Shown here: in pieces, positions 48,961-58,879 of the stretch
Numbering within the stretch: the first letter of the stretch is position 1
Layout of the letters: each line of letters opens with the position of its first letter
Assembly: GCA_029261035.1 (NCBI GenBank)
Contig: JAJDCD010000008.1
Coordinates: 34,313-98,312, forward strand
From: Candidatus Omnitrophota bacterium
GTDB taxonomy: Bacteria; Omnitrophota; Omnitrophia; Omnitrophales; JACROU01
Direction: 5' to 3'
DNA length: 64,000 bases
Program-made: the position numbers and the translations under genes
The notes under the pieces: generated by a model
The model's input: the letters and a program-made list of their open reading frames with translations, nothing else
The model's database searches: none
What the model was told of the DNA's origin: nothing

Positions 48961-49545
48961 CTACTTTTTAACAGCAGACTTTTTAGTCGCCATCTTTTTA
49001 AAAATGGCCTTTTTGTAGTATTTCAACTCTTGTACCGACTCATAAATATCCGGCAAAGCTCTATGTTTATTGCTTTTAACAGGTTGTTTATCATACTTTT
49101 TAGCATACCACAATTCGACAAGAACTTTAATGGTGCTTACATCAATTAAACGATAATGAAAAAACTTATGTAATCTTGGCATATATTTAGCCATAAAACG
49201 TCTGTCGTGATGAACCACATTGCCACAAAGGTACGCTTCACCAGCGGTGCAGTACTTCTTAACAAATTGAAGCGTTTTATCTTCTGCTTGTTTTAAAGTA
49301 ACCTTAGAATTTTTTACTTTATCCACCAAACCCGATTTTGTATGTTGACCTGTATTCCAAGCGTCCATACGATTCAAATAGCGTGCACTTTGCTTAACAA
49401 CCAACTCAGGGCCTTCAGCAATAACATTTAAATCCTTATCTGTTACTAAGGAAGCGATTTCTAGAACCACTTCTTTTTCAGGATCCAGACCTGTCATTTC
49501 CATATCAATCCAAGCCAAATGGTTTTTTTTGATAGATTTCCCCAT
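48961..49545 (-). CDS. orn: oligoribonuclease (DEDDh 3'-5' exonuclease)
   Basis: LAWIDMEMTGLDPEKEVVLEIASLVTDKDLNVIAEGPELVV...; DEDDh motifs, 194 aa. Confidence 0.85.
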   Translation of the reverse strand: MGKSIKKNHLAWIDMEMTGLDPEKEVVLEIASLVTDKDLNVIAEGPELVVKQSARYLNRMDAWNTGQHTKSGLVDKVKNSKVTLKQAEDKTLQFVKKYCTAGEAYLCGNVVHHDRRFMAKYMPRLHKFFHYRLIDVSTIKVLVELWYAKKYDKQPVKSNKHRALPDIYESVQELKYYKKAIFKKMATKKSAVKK

Positions 49546-49585
49546 CTCACATGCTTTCTAATTCAAATTGAATTTAGGTAAATGA

Positions 49586-49837
49586 TTAGTTAATGACGAA
49601 AGGTAAAAGACCAGCAAAACGTGATTTTTTAATTACACGTGTAATTTGTCTTTGATCTTTTGCACTAAGGCGAGTGATTCTTCTTGGAAGAATTTTTCCC
49701 TTTTCAGTTACAAATTTCGACAAAAGCTCTGTGTCAGAAATATCTAAAACAGTAGGCAACGTTCTTTTAGGCAATTTTCTAAAAGTCTTCTTTTTACCTT
49801 TTCTAATAGGTCTACGTGCTGATGTTTCTCTTGGCAT
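49586..49837 (-). CDS. rpsR: 30S ribosomal protein S18
   Basis: ...[49 protein letters not shown], the canonical S18 core. No rpsF, ssb or rplI is adjacent. Confidence 0.9.
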   Translation of the reverse strand: MPRETSARRPIRKGKKKTFRKLPKRTLPTVLDISDTELLSKFVTEKGKILPRRITRLSAKDQRQITRVIKKSRFAGLLPFVIN

Positions 49838-50036
49838 ATTAAAGTAACTCCTTTAGCTTCTATTAATAAAAAATGCTTCTCTCAAAAATTACTAAGATCT
49901 ATCCTGTTAAAGACTTAGAAAATCCAAGCAGAAAAGTGTGACATATTACTCATTTACACCTAATTAATCAAGCTATTTGTTAAAAAGAGAAGTGTGTTAA
50001 AAATCTTTAAGACACCACTATCAAATGACTTATATC

Positions 50037-51044
50037 TTATTTTATATTCAGTTGCTCAAACGCTTCTTTAGTAGCTTCTAAAAGCTTAGGATGAAGGTGG
50101 CCATTAGTCGCTACGACCCCCGTATTTTTAGATAATTTTACACCACAGGAAAAATCTAGCTTGTTACCGTAAACATCTGTCACTTTACCACCCGCTTCTT
50201 CAACAATAAGTGCCCCAGAAGCAATATCCCAAATATTTTCCTTATAATTCTGTTTTTTAGGGGATGGAAAACGACATAACAAATCCCCTATTCCTTCTGC
50301 TACCAAAGCAAATTTAGCAAGACTATCCAAACAAATTGCGGGTTGATGGATATTTAATATTTCTAAAATTTTATCCGTAATGGAAATATTTGTATGTCTT
50401 TGCTCAAAAGACCGTAGAACAATTCCTTTTGAAGCATCTTCCTTATCTGAAACCTTCAACAAATGCCATGAACTCAAATCTGAAAGAGGGGCTTTCCAAG
50501 AACCAAAGTCTTTAAAGGCAATCACGATACTTGCAGGATGAGACCTCCCTAAAACATCTGTCTTTAAATCTGGATAACCAACAATGCTCGCTTTCACTTC
50601 TCCTTCATGTATCCAGGCTAGAGCGACAGCAAAACAATCTCCTCGCACAAATCCTCGCGTCCCATCAATAGGATCCAAAGTCCAAAATGAATGATTCGGT
50701 TTAGAAGAACCTTTTTGAACTAAATTAATAATTTCTTCATCGCTTAATGTTCCAAGTTCTGGTTTTAAAATTTCTTTAATAGATGAAAGGGTTTCCAGCC
50801 CTTTCTCCGATTGAAGAAAATAAACCCCTTCCTCTGCAAGCAAAACACCTTCTGGGAGCTCTTTGGCCATACAAGAAGCTATGAGTGTTTGAATAGAAAA
50901 ATCAGCCACTGTCACAGGTGAATCATCTTGTTTCTGCAAGCTCTCTACATTTTTTGAACTCTGAATCTGAATTCCTAATTCAGTAGCTCGTCTGACAGCA
51001 TCTACTGCCCAACGTATTTCCAATGGCAATTCTTTGTAATTCAT
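50037..51044 (-). CDS. inositol monophosphatase family protein / 3'(2'),5'-bisphosphate nucleotidase (CysQ/HAL2-like)
   Basis: WTLDPIDGTRGFVRGD (IMPase DPIDGT motif) and downstream WDIASGALIVEEAGG. Confidence 0.75.
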   Translation of the reverse strand: MNYKELPLEIRWAVDAVRRATELGIQIQSSKNVESLQKQDDSPVTVADFSIQTLIASCMAKELPEGVLLAEEGVYFLQSEKGLETLSSIKEILKPELGTLSDEEIINLVQKGSSKPNHSFWTLDPIDGTRGFVRGDCFAVALAWIHEGEVKASIVGYPDLKTDVLGRSHPASIVIAFKDFGSWKAPLSDLSSWHLLKVSDKEDASKGIVLRSFEQRHTNISITDKILEILNIHQPAICLDSLAKFALVAEGIGDLLCRFPSPKKQNYKENIWDIASGALIVEEAGGKVTDVYGNKLDFSCGVKLSKNTGVVATNGHLHPKLLEATKEAFEQLNIK

Positions 51045-51066
51045 ATTTTTACCCTGACTCCTAAAT

Positions 51067-51732
51067 TTATTTAATTACAAACGGAACTTCAACATTAAAA
51101 GCTTCTTCACTTCCCACTGTTTGAATGTTTTCGATTAATAATCGAAAGGGCTCTTCAAAATACTCTTTACTCCCTAAATCAAAAAATAAAAAACCTTGGA
51201 ATAAAGCTTGTTGTTCTATAACCCCTTGTTTGAATGACTTCTCATTTAAATCAGACTTTATCTTCTTATTCGCTTGATAGGAGTCAATCCCTGCACCTAC
51301 CGCAAATGGAACTGTAAAAAAAATAAACGCCGAACCAACAGCACCAAAACTAACCATTCGAGCGAATGTATTTTTAAATATTTTTTTTGAAATCTGGCCA
51401 TCAGACAAAGGTTGGTAAATTTCCCCAGAGAAAGATCGGAGTTGAATTTGAACGGAACTCAAGTCCAACGCATCTATCCCCTTATTCCATATTATTATAT
51501 GCAAAGGCAAAACCCCTTTTTTAATCATATCGACATTAAACATGTACTCTACTTTTGAAGGGGCTACATAAGGGTCAACAACCACATCCATATCATCTGA
51601 CTCTACCTTGTAATCATAGAAAGAGGGTATTTTAATGATAGGAACCAACTCGGGGTGATAAGCGCAAGAATATAGAAAAAAAACAGCCAAGGTCACTATA
51701 AGAGAAATAAATTTTTGTCTAAAAAGAACCAT
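51067..51732 (-). CDS. hypothetical membrane/lipoprotein
   Basis: MVLFRQKFISLIVTLAVFFLYSCAY, a signal peptide with Cys, plus a second hydrophobic segment near the C-terminus. No recognised motif. Confidence 0.5.
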   Translation of the reverse strand: MVLFRQKFISLIVTLAVFFLYSCAYHPELVPIIKIPSFYDYKVESDDMDVVVDPYVAPSKVEYMFNVDMIKKGVLPLHIIIWNKGIDALDLSSVQIQLRSFSGEIYQPLSDGQISKKIFKNTFARMVSFGAVGSAFIFFTVPFAVGAGIDSYQANKKIKSDLNEKSFKQGVIEQQALFQGFLFFDLGSKEYFEEPFRLLIENIQTVGSEEAFNVEVPFVIK

Positions 51733-52584
51733 TTAATTTTCCTTCGTATTCGAATACTTTTTCAAGAAACTACGGACAACGTTATACACTTCACCCGAAT
51801 TAGACTCTCTTAAAATCTCATGGTAAAACTGAGGGTAAATCTTTATTATTTTTTCTAAACTTGAAACCTTGTCGTAAAACTGCTTTGAAGACTTTAAATG
51901 AACAACCCGATCTGTTCCTGATAAAACCATCAATAATGGATTTTTAAATTCCTCAGCCCGCTTAACTGTTTCTGGCATAATTTTCAGCATATCTTTCAAT
52001 AACTTCAAACCTAGTCTGTTATGTATTAAAGGGTCATTTCTATGCATTTCCCACTCATTTGGATCATGAGAAAGAGATTCCCTAACCACTGCTGATCCTA
52101 TATCCTTCTTTGGGAAAACACAAGAAAGTTCTGCCAAAATATATTCTAAATAAGGAATAGGACTTTTAATAGCAAAACATGGAGAAGAAAGTACAAGTGC
52201 TTTAACTTTATCCGGATGGTCTAAAGCAAAACGAGACGCTAACAAACCTCCAAAACTATGCCCAAGCCAAATTAGATTGCCTTGCGGCATTTGAGGGTAT
52301 TTTGCTTTGATATATTCTAGAAAGGCATTTATATCTAACAAAAATTCGTTAATCGAATGAGCAAAACCACGACGTCCTAAAGATGTACCATGACCTCTTA
52401 AATCAAATGAAAAAAATGAGAACTCTGGCAAATCTATAGCTTTTACTATTTTGTCATACCGAGCGGAGTGTTCATGTAAACCATGAATCAATATAACAGG
52501 ATGTGAAAAGTTATTTCCAAGCCAGAATCGATAGGAAAGACTCAAACCATCAAATGTTTGAAAATTACCTTCTTCAATCTTCAT
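51733..52584 (-). CDS. alpha/beta-hydrolase lysophospholipase / monoacylglycerol lipase-like
   Basis: HPVILIHGLHEHSARY...LGHSFGGLLASRF (GHSxG nucleophile elbow), 283 aa. Confidence 0.8.
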   Translation of the reverse strand: MKIEEGNFQTFDGLSLSYRFWLGNNFSHPVILIHGLHEHSARYDKIVKAIDLPEFSFFSFDLRGHGTSLGRRGFAHSINEFLLDINAFLEYIKAKYPQMPQGNLIWLGHSFGGLLASRFALDHPDKVKALVLSSPCFAIKSPIPYLEYILAELSCVFPKKDIGSAVVRESLSHDPNEWEMHRNDPLIHNRLGLKLLKDMLKIMPETVKRAEEFKNPLLMVLSGTDRVVHLKSSKQFYDKVSSLEKIIKIYPQFYHEILRESNSGEVYNVVRSFLKKYSNTKEN

Positions 52585-52585
52585 A

Positions 52586-54430
52586 CTAACTACTATTTAC
52601 TTTTGGGTTCTTATCAGAAACTTTATACATCTCATCTATCGTCTCTTTATACTTCTCAAAAACTTTTTTTCTTTTCATTTTAAGAGTGGGTGTCAAATCG
52701 CCTTTTTCTAAACTCATCTCTTCTTGCAAAAAAGAAAAATATTTAATCTGTTCATAAGAAGACAAAGCGCTCAATCTCTTAGCAAGCCTCTGCTCTGTTA
52801 GTCGATAGAGAGTCTGATTATTTAGCAACTCTTCTCTGGTTGAAAATTGAATACCCTTCTCTTTTGCTACTTCTTCTAATTTTTTATATTCAGGAACAAT
52901 AAGAGCCACAATATACTTTTTCTTATCTCCATAAACAAAAACCTGCTGAACCCAATCATCTGCTATCAGTAAGCCCTCTATATTTTGAGGCGAGATATTT
53001 TTTCCACCTGCAGTTACAATAATGTCTTTTTTTCTATCCGTAATAAACATAAAACCATCTTCAGCTATATGTCCTACATCCCCCGTATAAAACCATCCAT
53101 CTCGTATGACCTCTTTCGTTGCTTTATCATCTTGATAGTAACCCTTCATTATCCCTGGACCACGGGCACATATTTCTCCATCATCAGCAATTCTAATCTC
53201 CACGCCTTGAACAGGAACTCCTACACTGCCAAAACAAAATTTATTTTCCCTATTAGCAGACAATACGGGAGATGTCTCCGTAAGGCCATATCCTTCTAAA
53301 ATAAGAATCCCACAAGCATGAAAAAATTCTGCAATATGCTGTGATAGAGGCGCTCCACCGGAAATAAAGAATCGAATTTGACCGCCCATTTTTTTCTTTA
53401 ATTTAGAAAACACGAGTAATTTTGCTATAGAATAAGATAAAGACAATCCAATTGAAGGTCTTTTTCCATTACATATAGTTTTTGAATATTTTTCCCCAAC
53501 TTTTAAAGAGGCGTAAAATAATCTTTTTCTTAATCCTCCTCTCACATCAACTTGCTCTATAATTTTTTCATGAAATTTTTCAAGAAACCGCGGAACCACT
53601 GTCATAATTGTAGGTTTAATTTCCAACATATTCTCTGCAACTGTAGTCATATCCTCAGCAAAAGCAATGGAAACAAGGTTATACATTTGAAGATAATAGC
53701 CTCCCATACGCTCAAAAACATGGCTTAACGGCAACATAGACAAAAATACGTCTGTAGGACCCATCAGGATAGCTTCAGAGCACGCAATGCAATTAGAAAG
53801 AAAATTATTATGCGTTAGCATTACACCTTTTGGATTCCCTGTAGTTCCCGAAGTGTAAATTATAGACGCCAAGCACTCTGAATTAATACTTGAAGCATTT
53901 GCTTCTATGGTTTCTTTCAATTTATAAACAGAATTGGCAGATTCCTTTAAAAGAGATTCGAAAGAAGTGTAATCAGAATTATCTTCAACAGAGTCAAAGA
54001 TAAAAATATGTTTTAAAGATTTGCATTTACTAATTTCTGGCAATATACGATTCAAATGCTCTTTTGAGGAGAGAAAAAGAACTTTTGCTTCACTATGATT
54101 AATAACATAAGCAACTTCAGTAGATGAGTTTGTTTGATAAATAGGAACCGTAACACAACCCAATGCTAAACTACCTAAATCTGAAAAAAACCATTCAGGT
54201 CGACTTTCAGATAAAATACAAACACGATCGCCTTCAACAACCCCTCTACTTTTGAGAGCAACAGCTGTAGCAATCACAGATTTTCGGAAAGTGTGAAAAG
54301 CAATCGACTGATACTCCCCATCCACCTTGTATCTTAAAGCAATTTTTTCAGGGAAGCTTTTTGCACGATTCAAAAACATATCGACTAAATTTGAATCTCT
54401 AAATGTGAGTGAGCTCTTTTTTTGGTTCAT
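52586..54430 (-). CDS. long-chain fatty acid--CoA ligase (AMP-binding superfamily)
   Basis: IIYTSGTTGNPKGVMLTHNN (AMP-binding motif I), GYGLTETS, ...ITDRKKDII.... Confidence 0.85.
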   Translation of the reverse strand: MNQKKSSLTFRDSNLVDMFLNRAKSFPEKIALRYKVDGEYQSIAFHTFRKSVIATAVALKSRGVVEGDRVCILSESRPEWFFSDLGSLALGCVTVPIYQTNSSTEVAYVINHSEAKVLFLSSKEHLNRILPEISKCKSLKHIFIFDSVEDNSDYTSFESLLKESANSVYKLKETIEANASSINSECLASIIYTSGTTGNPKGVMLTHNNFLSNCIACSEAILMGPTDVFLSMLPLSHVFERMGGYYLQMYNLVSIAFAEDMTTVAENMLEIKPTIMTVVPRFLEKFHEKIIEQVDVRGGLRKRLFYASLKVGEKYSKTICNGKRPSIGLSLSYSIAKLLVFSKLKKKMGGQIRFFISGGAPLSQHIAEFFHACGILILEGYGLTETSPVLSANRENKFCFGSVGVPVQGVEIRIADDGEICARGPGIMKGYYQDDKATKEVIRDGWFYTGDVGHIAEDGFMFITDRKKDIIVTAGGKNISPQNIEGLLIADDWVQQVFVYGDKKKYIVALIVPEYKKLEEVAKEKGIQFSTREELLNNQTLYRLTEQRLAKRLSALSSYEQIKYFSFLQEEMSLEKGDLTPTLKMKRKKVFEKYKETIDEMYKVSDKNPKVNSS

Positions 54431-54457
54431 TCGATGTAGGGTATAATTTTGGGTTAG

Positions 54458-54925
54458 CTATTTTTTTATATTTTGTCTGCTAGTTCTAAGTGATTGTAGA
54501 ATTTCTTGATTTCTTCTTGCTTGATCTGCAATAAGTTTAACCTTTTCCTGGCGAATCACATCTTCAATTGCGCTTGTCTCAGGAGTGTCTTGAGAACGGA
54601 TTTGGTCCAAAATTTGTTGATGAATTTTTGCTTGTGTGGATATGGCTCTGATTTTTTGCATCCGTCTTAAATAATCTTCTTGCAACCTTTGATTTGCTAA
54701 CAAAACATTATTTAGTTGATTCTGAATTTTAGCAAGATCTTCATTCTCAGAAATCTTCTCTTTTTGATTTGAGTCCATTACATTCAAAGATGATCCAGAC
54801 AACGTATTCTGCAATGAAGCTATATCGGAACTTGTAGACACATCTTTAGATTGTGTCATACCAAGATGAGAGAAAGACATAAATAGAAAGGAAAACAATA
54901 ATAATTTTAAAGTCCAGACCGACAT
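54458..54925 (-). CDS. hypothetical secreted coiled-coil protein
   Basis: Signal peptide MSVWTLKLLLFSFLFMSFSHLGMTQS, then a Q/E/R-rich helical sequence. No recognised motif. Confidence 0.45.
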   Translation of the reverse strand: MSVWTLKLLLFSFLFMSFSHLGMTQSKDVSTSSDIASLQNTLSGSSLNVMDSNQKEKISENEDLAKIQNQLNNVLLANQRLQEDYLRRMQKIRAISTQAKIHQQILDQIRSQDTPETSAIEDVIRQEKVKLIADQARRNQEILQSLRTSRQNIKK

Positions 54926-55032
54926 GAACCCTCCTTAGAATTTCTGAAGATCATTCATTACAATTATAGCATCAAAACATGATCTAAGATCAATATTATC
55001 ATACTATTAGAACCTGTAATCTATATTCTATC

Positions 55033-56010
55033 TTAAGATCCTGATTTATTCAAAACCTTCTTGAGCTCCTCTGTTAAGGCCGGCAGCACCTTAAAGACAT
55101 CCCCTACGATACCCAAATCACAATGAGAGAAAATAGGAGCTTCTCTATCCTTATTTATAGCAACAACATATTTAGATGAAGACATTCCTACAAGATGTTG
55201 AACAGCCCCACTCAAAGCACATGCAAAATAGAGTTTAGGGGTAACCACTTTTCCTGTCTGACCTATTTGTTCCGTATAAGGTCTCCAACCCAAGTCTACT
55301 ACAGCTCTAGTTGCACCCACGGTTCCACCTAAAACATGTGCCAAATCCTCTATTATAGAAAAATTTTCAGGAGAACCTAACCCACGTCCTCCCGTAACTA
55401 TAATTTCCGCATCTGTCAGATCTACGGCCTTTTTCCCCGAAATAGACATCTCATTCACAATCACATTCTTTAGATCTTCCACTACTTGTATTTGTTGTAA
55501 ATCGGGTTCCTTATTTTTTTCCTGAACCTTATCCACTATTCCATTTCTAAAGCTCATATATATTTGATCATCTATACCTTTATAAAATGCCTCTATTTTT
55601 CCGGCATAGATAGGCCTCTGTATTTCTAGAGAGTCATCAGACATTAAAATGCTAGTAACATCATTAAATAATTCTTTTCCTTTTTTAGCAGCTAGTCGAG
55701 AAAGTAATTCTTTTTCAATATAGCTCGCCCCTGAAAAAACGTATTTTGGCTTTATTTCATCTACTAACTTTAAAACAGTTTTAAATACACTTAAAGGATT
55801 AGCTAACACCAATTGATCATCATCTGAATGATATATATGATCTGCACCATACTTCTGAAGCTTTAGAGTCAGGTCATCGTTTATTCGTCCAATAACAAAA
55901 CAAGAAATCTGAACTTCTCTATCTAAACTATTTACCCATGTTAGGATTTCCAAAACTACGGAGTGAATTTTCTCTTCCAAACCATTAACGATCAATAATA
56001 CATGAGCCAT
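55033..56010 (-). CDS. etfA: electron transfer flavoprotein alpha subunit
   Basis: ...IVTGGRGLGSPENFSIIEDLAHVLGGTVGATRAVVDLGWRPYTEQIGQTGKVVTPKLYFACALSGAVQHLVGM, the FAD-binding C-terminal signature. Confidence 0.9.
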   Translation of the reverse strand: MAHVLLIVNGLEEKIHSVVLEILTWVNSLDREVQISCFVIGRINDDLTLKLQKYGADHIYHSDDDQLVLANPLSVFKTVLKLVDEIKPKYVFSGASYIEKELLSRLAAKKGKELFNDVTSILMSDDSLEIQRPIYAGKIEAFYKGIDDQIYMSFRNGIVDKVQEKNKEPDLQQIQVVEDLKNVIVNEMSISGKKAVDLTDAEIIVTGGRGLGSPENFSIIEDLAHVLGGTVGATRAVVDLGWRPYTEQIGQTGKVVTPKLYFACALSGAVQHLVGMSSSKYVVAINKDREAPIFSHCDLGIVGDVFKVLPALTEELKKVLNKSGS

Positions 56011-56780
56011 TAAATAATCCTTGTTTCTTTAGATAAAAAATTCAGTATTTCTTTCACTTGAGAATCGATATCGTCATCAAAAAGAAGACACTCTCTCTGA
56101 ACCTTCTGTTCTTTCATCTTCACCAAAGAATAAGATGATTTAGTTAAATCAAAGTCTGTTGCTTGCAATACTTTGATTTCTTTTTTCTTGGCTTTCATTA
56201 TTCCAGGCAATGTAGCAAAACGAGGATTGTTGATTCCTTTTTGGCAAGAGAGTACACAGGGAAAATTTAATGTCATACTCTGTTTTCTACCCGACTCCAA
56301 AACCCTTTGCACTTGAAGAGATTTTTCATCAGAACTTACCTCTATCTTACTCACAACAGAACAAATAGAAGCTTCTAAATATAAAGAAAGAGCTCCAGGT
56401 ACTTGAAAAGCATCGTCATCCACTGCCTGTCTACCACATAAAATGATATCCACTTTCAATAGTTTGATGATTTCCGACAATATTTTAGCTGAATTTAAAG
56501 CATCTAGAGGTAAAGAAGTTACGACATGAGTAGCACTATCAACTCCTAAAGCTAAAGCATTTCTAAGAACCTCTACTGCTTTTTCTTCTCCAACAGTAAT
56601 TGCCGTAATATAAACTTCGGAATATTTTTCTTTAAGTAGAAGGGCTGCTTCTAATGCGTATTCATCATAGGGATTCAACACATAAGATATCTGACTCTTA
56701 TCTATATCCGTACAATCAACATTCGTTCTAATTTTTGAATTTGTATCAGGAACTTGCTTAAGGCAAACCACAATATTCAT
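56010..56780 (-). CDS. etfB: electron transfer flavoprotein beta subunit
   Basis: MNIVVCLKQVPDTNSKIR, the ETF-beta N-terminus, in 256 aa. Confidence 0.9.
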   Translation of the reverse strand: MNIVVCLKQVPDTNSKIRTNVDCTDIDKSQISYVLNPYDEYALEAALLLKEKYSEVYITAITVGEEKAVEVLRNALALGVDSATHVVTSLPLDALNSAKILSEIIKLLKVDIILCGRQAVDDDAFQVPGALSLYLEASICSVVSKIEVSSDEKSLQVQRVLESGRKQSMTLNFPCVLSCQKGINNPRFATLPGIMKAKKKEIKVLQATDFDLTKSSYSLVKMKEQKVQRECLLFDDDIDSQVKEILNFLSKETRII

Positions 56781-56832
56781 TCAATAACCCTTTGTCAAAA
56801 TTGAATCATAAAACCTAAACCAAACCTACCCT

Positions 56833-57618
56833 TTATTCGTCCACAAACTGAGGCTGTCTTTTCTCAACAAAAGCTTTCAACCCTTCTTTCATATCTTTCG
56901 TTTCACAAACCTCACCAAAGAGCTCCGCTTCTTTTGAAAACCCCTTCTCAGTACTAGATTCCATACCTTCTCGCATTGCTTGTAGAATAAGAGAAATACT
57001 TCCCGCAGATTTAGATGCTATTTTTCTAGCCATCCCCAACGAATGCTTCATTAAATCACTGTCTGGAACAACTTGATTAACTAATCCTATTCTTAACGCT
57101 TCTTGAGAGGAAATAATGTCTCCAGTCAAATTAAGCTCACAAGCTTTCGCTGCTCCACATATCCTCGTTAATCGTTGAGTCCCACCAAAACCGGGTATGA
57201 TTCCTAAATTAATTTCAGGTTGCCCAAACCTAGCTTTATCAGAAGCTATTCTAATATGACAAGCCATAGCTAACTCATTCCCCCCGCCTAGACAAACTCC
57301 GTTAATTGCGGCAATTACAGGTTTATCAAGGTTCTCTAGACGGGACAAAATCACTTGACCTCTCCGAGCCATAGCTTCTCCTGTTTTTTTATCATTTATT
57401 TTTATAATCTCTCGAATATCTGCCCCAGCAACAAAAGCAATAGCTCCTTCTCCAGTCAAAATCATTACTTTGACTTCCTTATTTAATTCATATTCTTCGA
57501 GCAACTGCTCTAACTCACTCATTAATTTTGTAGATAACGTGTTTGCTGGCGGATGATTAATCGTTACAATCAAAACATCCTCTTCTTGAGTTGATTTTAA
57601 ATACTTAAATGTTGCCAT
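56833..57618 (-). CDS. enoyl-CoA hydratase (crotonase family)
   Basis: FVAGADIREI...AINGVCLGGGNELAMACHIRIAS.... Confidence 0.85.
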   Translation of the reverse strand: MATFKYLKSTQEEDVLIVTINHPPANTLSTKLMSELEQLLEEYELNKEVKVMILTGEGAIAFVAGADIREIIKINDKKTGEAMARRGQVILSRLENLDKPVIAAINGVCLGGGNELAMACHIRIASDKARFGQPEINLGIIPGFGGTQRLTRICGAAKACELNLTGDIISSQEALRIGLVNQVVPDSDLMKHSLGMARKIASKSAGSISLILQAMREGMESSTEKGFSKEAELFGEVCETKDMKEGLKAFVEKRQPQFVDE

Positions 57619-57653
57619 ATTCTTATCTCCTTATATAAATAGCTAAATTCAAA

Positions 57654-58865
57654 TTAATGATATTCATAAAAACCTTTTCCTGATTTTCGCCCTAAACACT
57701 CCCCATGAACCATTCTTTGAATTAAAGGGGCTGGCCAGAATCTCTCACCATGCTCTCTATACAACTCTTGTAATTTGCCATACACGTGATCCAGTCCAAT
57801 ACTATCTGCATATCTTAAAATTCCTACCTTTTCTTGAGGGAACCCAATACCAGCCAAAACTCCTAAATCAATATCAGAAGCCTTAGAAACTTGTTCTTGC
57901 AAACATAGAGCTGCCTCATTAATCATTGAGAAAACAAGTCTTTCCTGCGAAAAAGCAGATTTTTTATTACCCTGCTCTTTCTGTACTTTTAAAACGAGCT
58001 CGTTTACAGTAGGGTCATCTTCATCTTCAAAATTATAGAAGCCTTTGCCCACCTTTTTACCGTACCGTTTTAAAGAGGTCATTTCTTTCCAAATCTCCGC
58101 AGGTTTCATTCGTTGCCCATATTCGTCCAATAATACTTCAACAACATCAGCACAAATATCTAAACCTACATTATCTACCAAAGTGAACGGCCCCATAGGG
58201 AATCCAAACTCCACCATTGAAGCATCAATTTCTTTAATACTAGATCCTTCCTGCAAACAATATGCTGCTTCGTTAAGATAAGGCATAAGTAATCGGTTAA
58301 TTAAAAACCCAGCGCATTCATTTACACGAATAGGGATTTTTCTCAATGACTCAGAAAACTGTATCATTTGCTGAACGACAGCCTCATCCGTTTGAAGCCC
58401 TGGAATCACCTCAACCAACTTCATTACATGTGCAGGCAAAAAGAAATGAAGTCCCACAACTTTATCAGGACGATTCGTAGCAGATGCAATCGCCGATATC
58501 GATAGACTAGATGTGTTGGTCGCCAAGATGGCATGTTCAGGTAAATTCTGATCTAATTCTTTAAATATAGACTTCTTTAATTCCATTTTTTCAGGAACCG
58601 CTTCAATAACCAAATCGACATCTTTCAAATCATCAAAAGAAGTTGTTCCGGTAACACCACTCATCTTTTTTTCCATATCTGCAGGGGACATTTTTCCAGC
58701 ATCAACTCTTTTTTGATAAATCGATCGTATTTTAACCAAACCTTTTTGAACAAAACTATCTTCAATATCTTTTAAAACGACCGGTATATTTGAATAAGAA
58801 ACAACTTGGGCAATCTCCGCCCCCATTGCGCCCGCACCAATCACAGCAACTTTATATATATACAT
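57654..58865 (-). CDS. 3-hydroxyacyl-CoA dehydrogenase (NAD-binding domain + duplicated C-terminal domain)
   Basis: KVAVIGAGAMGAEIAQVV (Rossmann), a HADH catalytic region, 403 aa. Confidence 0.85.
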   Translation of the reverse strand: MYIYKVAVIGAGAMGAEIAQVVSYSNIPVVLKDIEDSFVQKGLVKIRSIYQKRVDAGKMSPADMEKKMSGVTGTTSFDDLKDVDLVIEAVPEKMELKKSIFKELDQNLPEHAILATNTSSLSISAIASATNRPDKVVGLHFFLPAHVMKLVEVIPGLQTDEAVVQQMIQFSESLRKIPIRVNECAGFLINRLLMPYLNEAAYCLQEGSSIKEIDASMVEFGFPMGPFTLVDNVGLDICADVVEVLLDEYGQRMKPAEIWKEMTSLKRYGKKVGKGFYNFEDEDDPTVNELVLKVQKEQGNKKSAFSQERLVFSMINEAALCLQEQVSKASDIDLGVLAGIGFPQEKVGILRYADSIGLDHVYGKLQELYREHGERFWPAPLIQRMVHGECLGRKSGKGFYEYH

Positions 58866-58879
58866 TAAATTTCCTTTCT

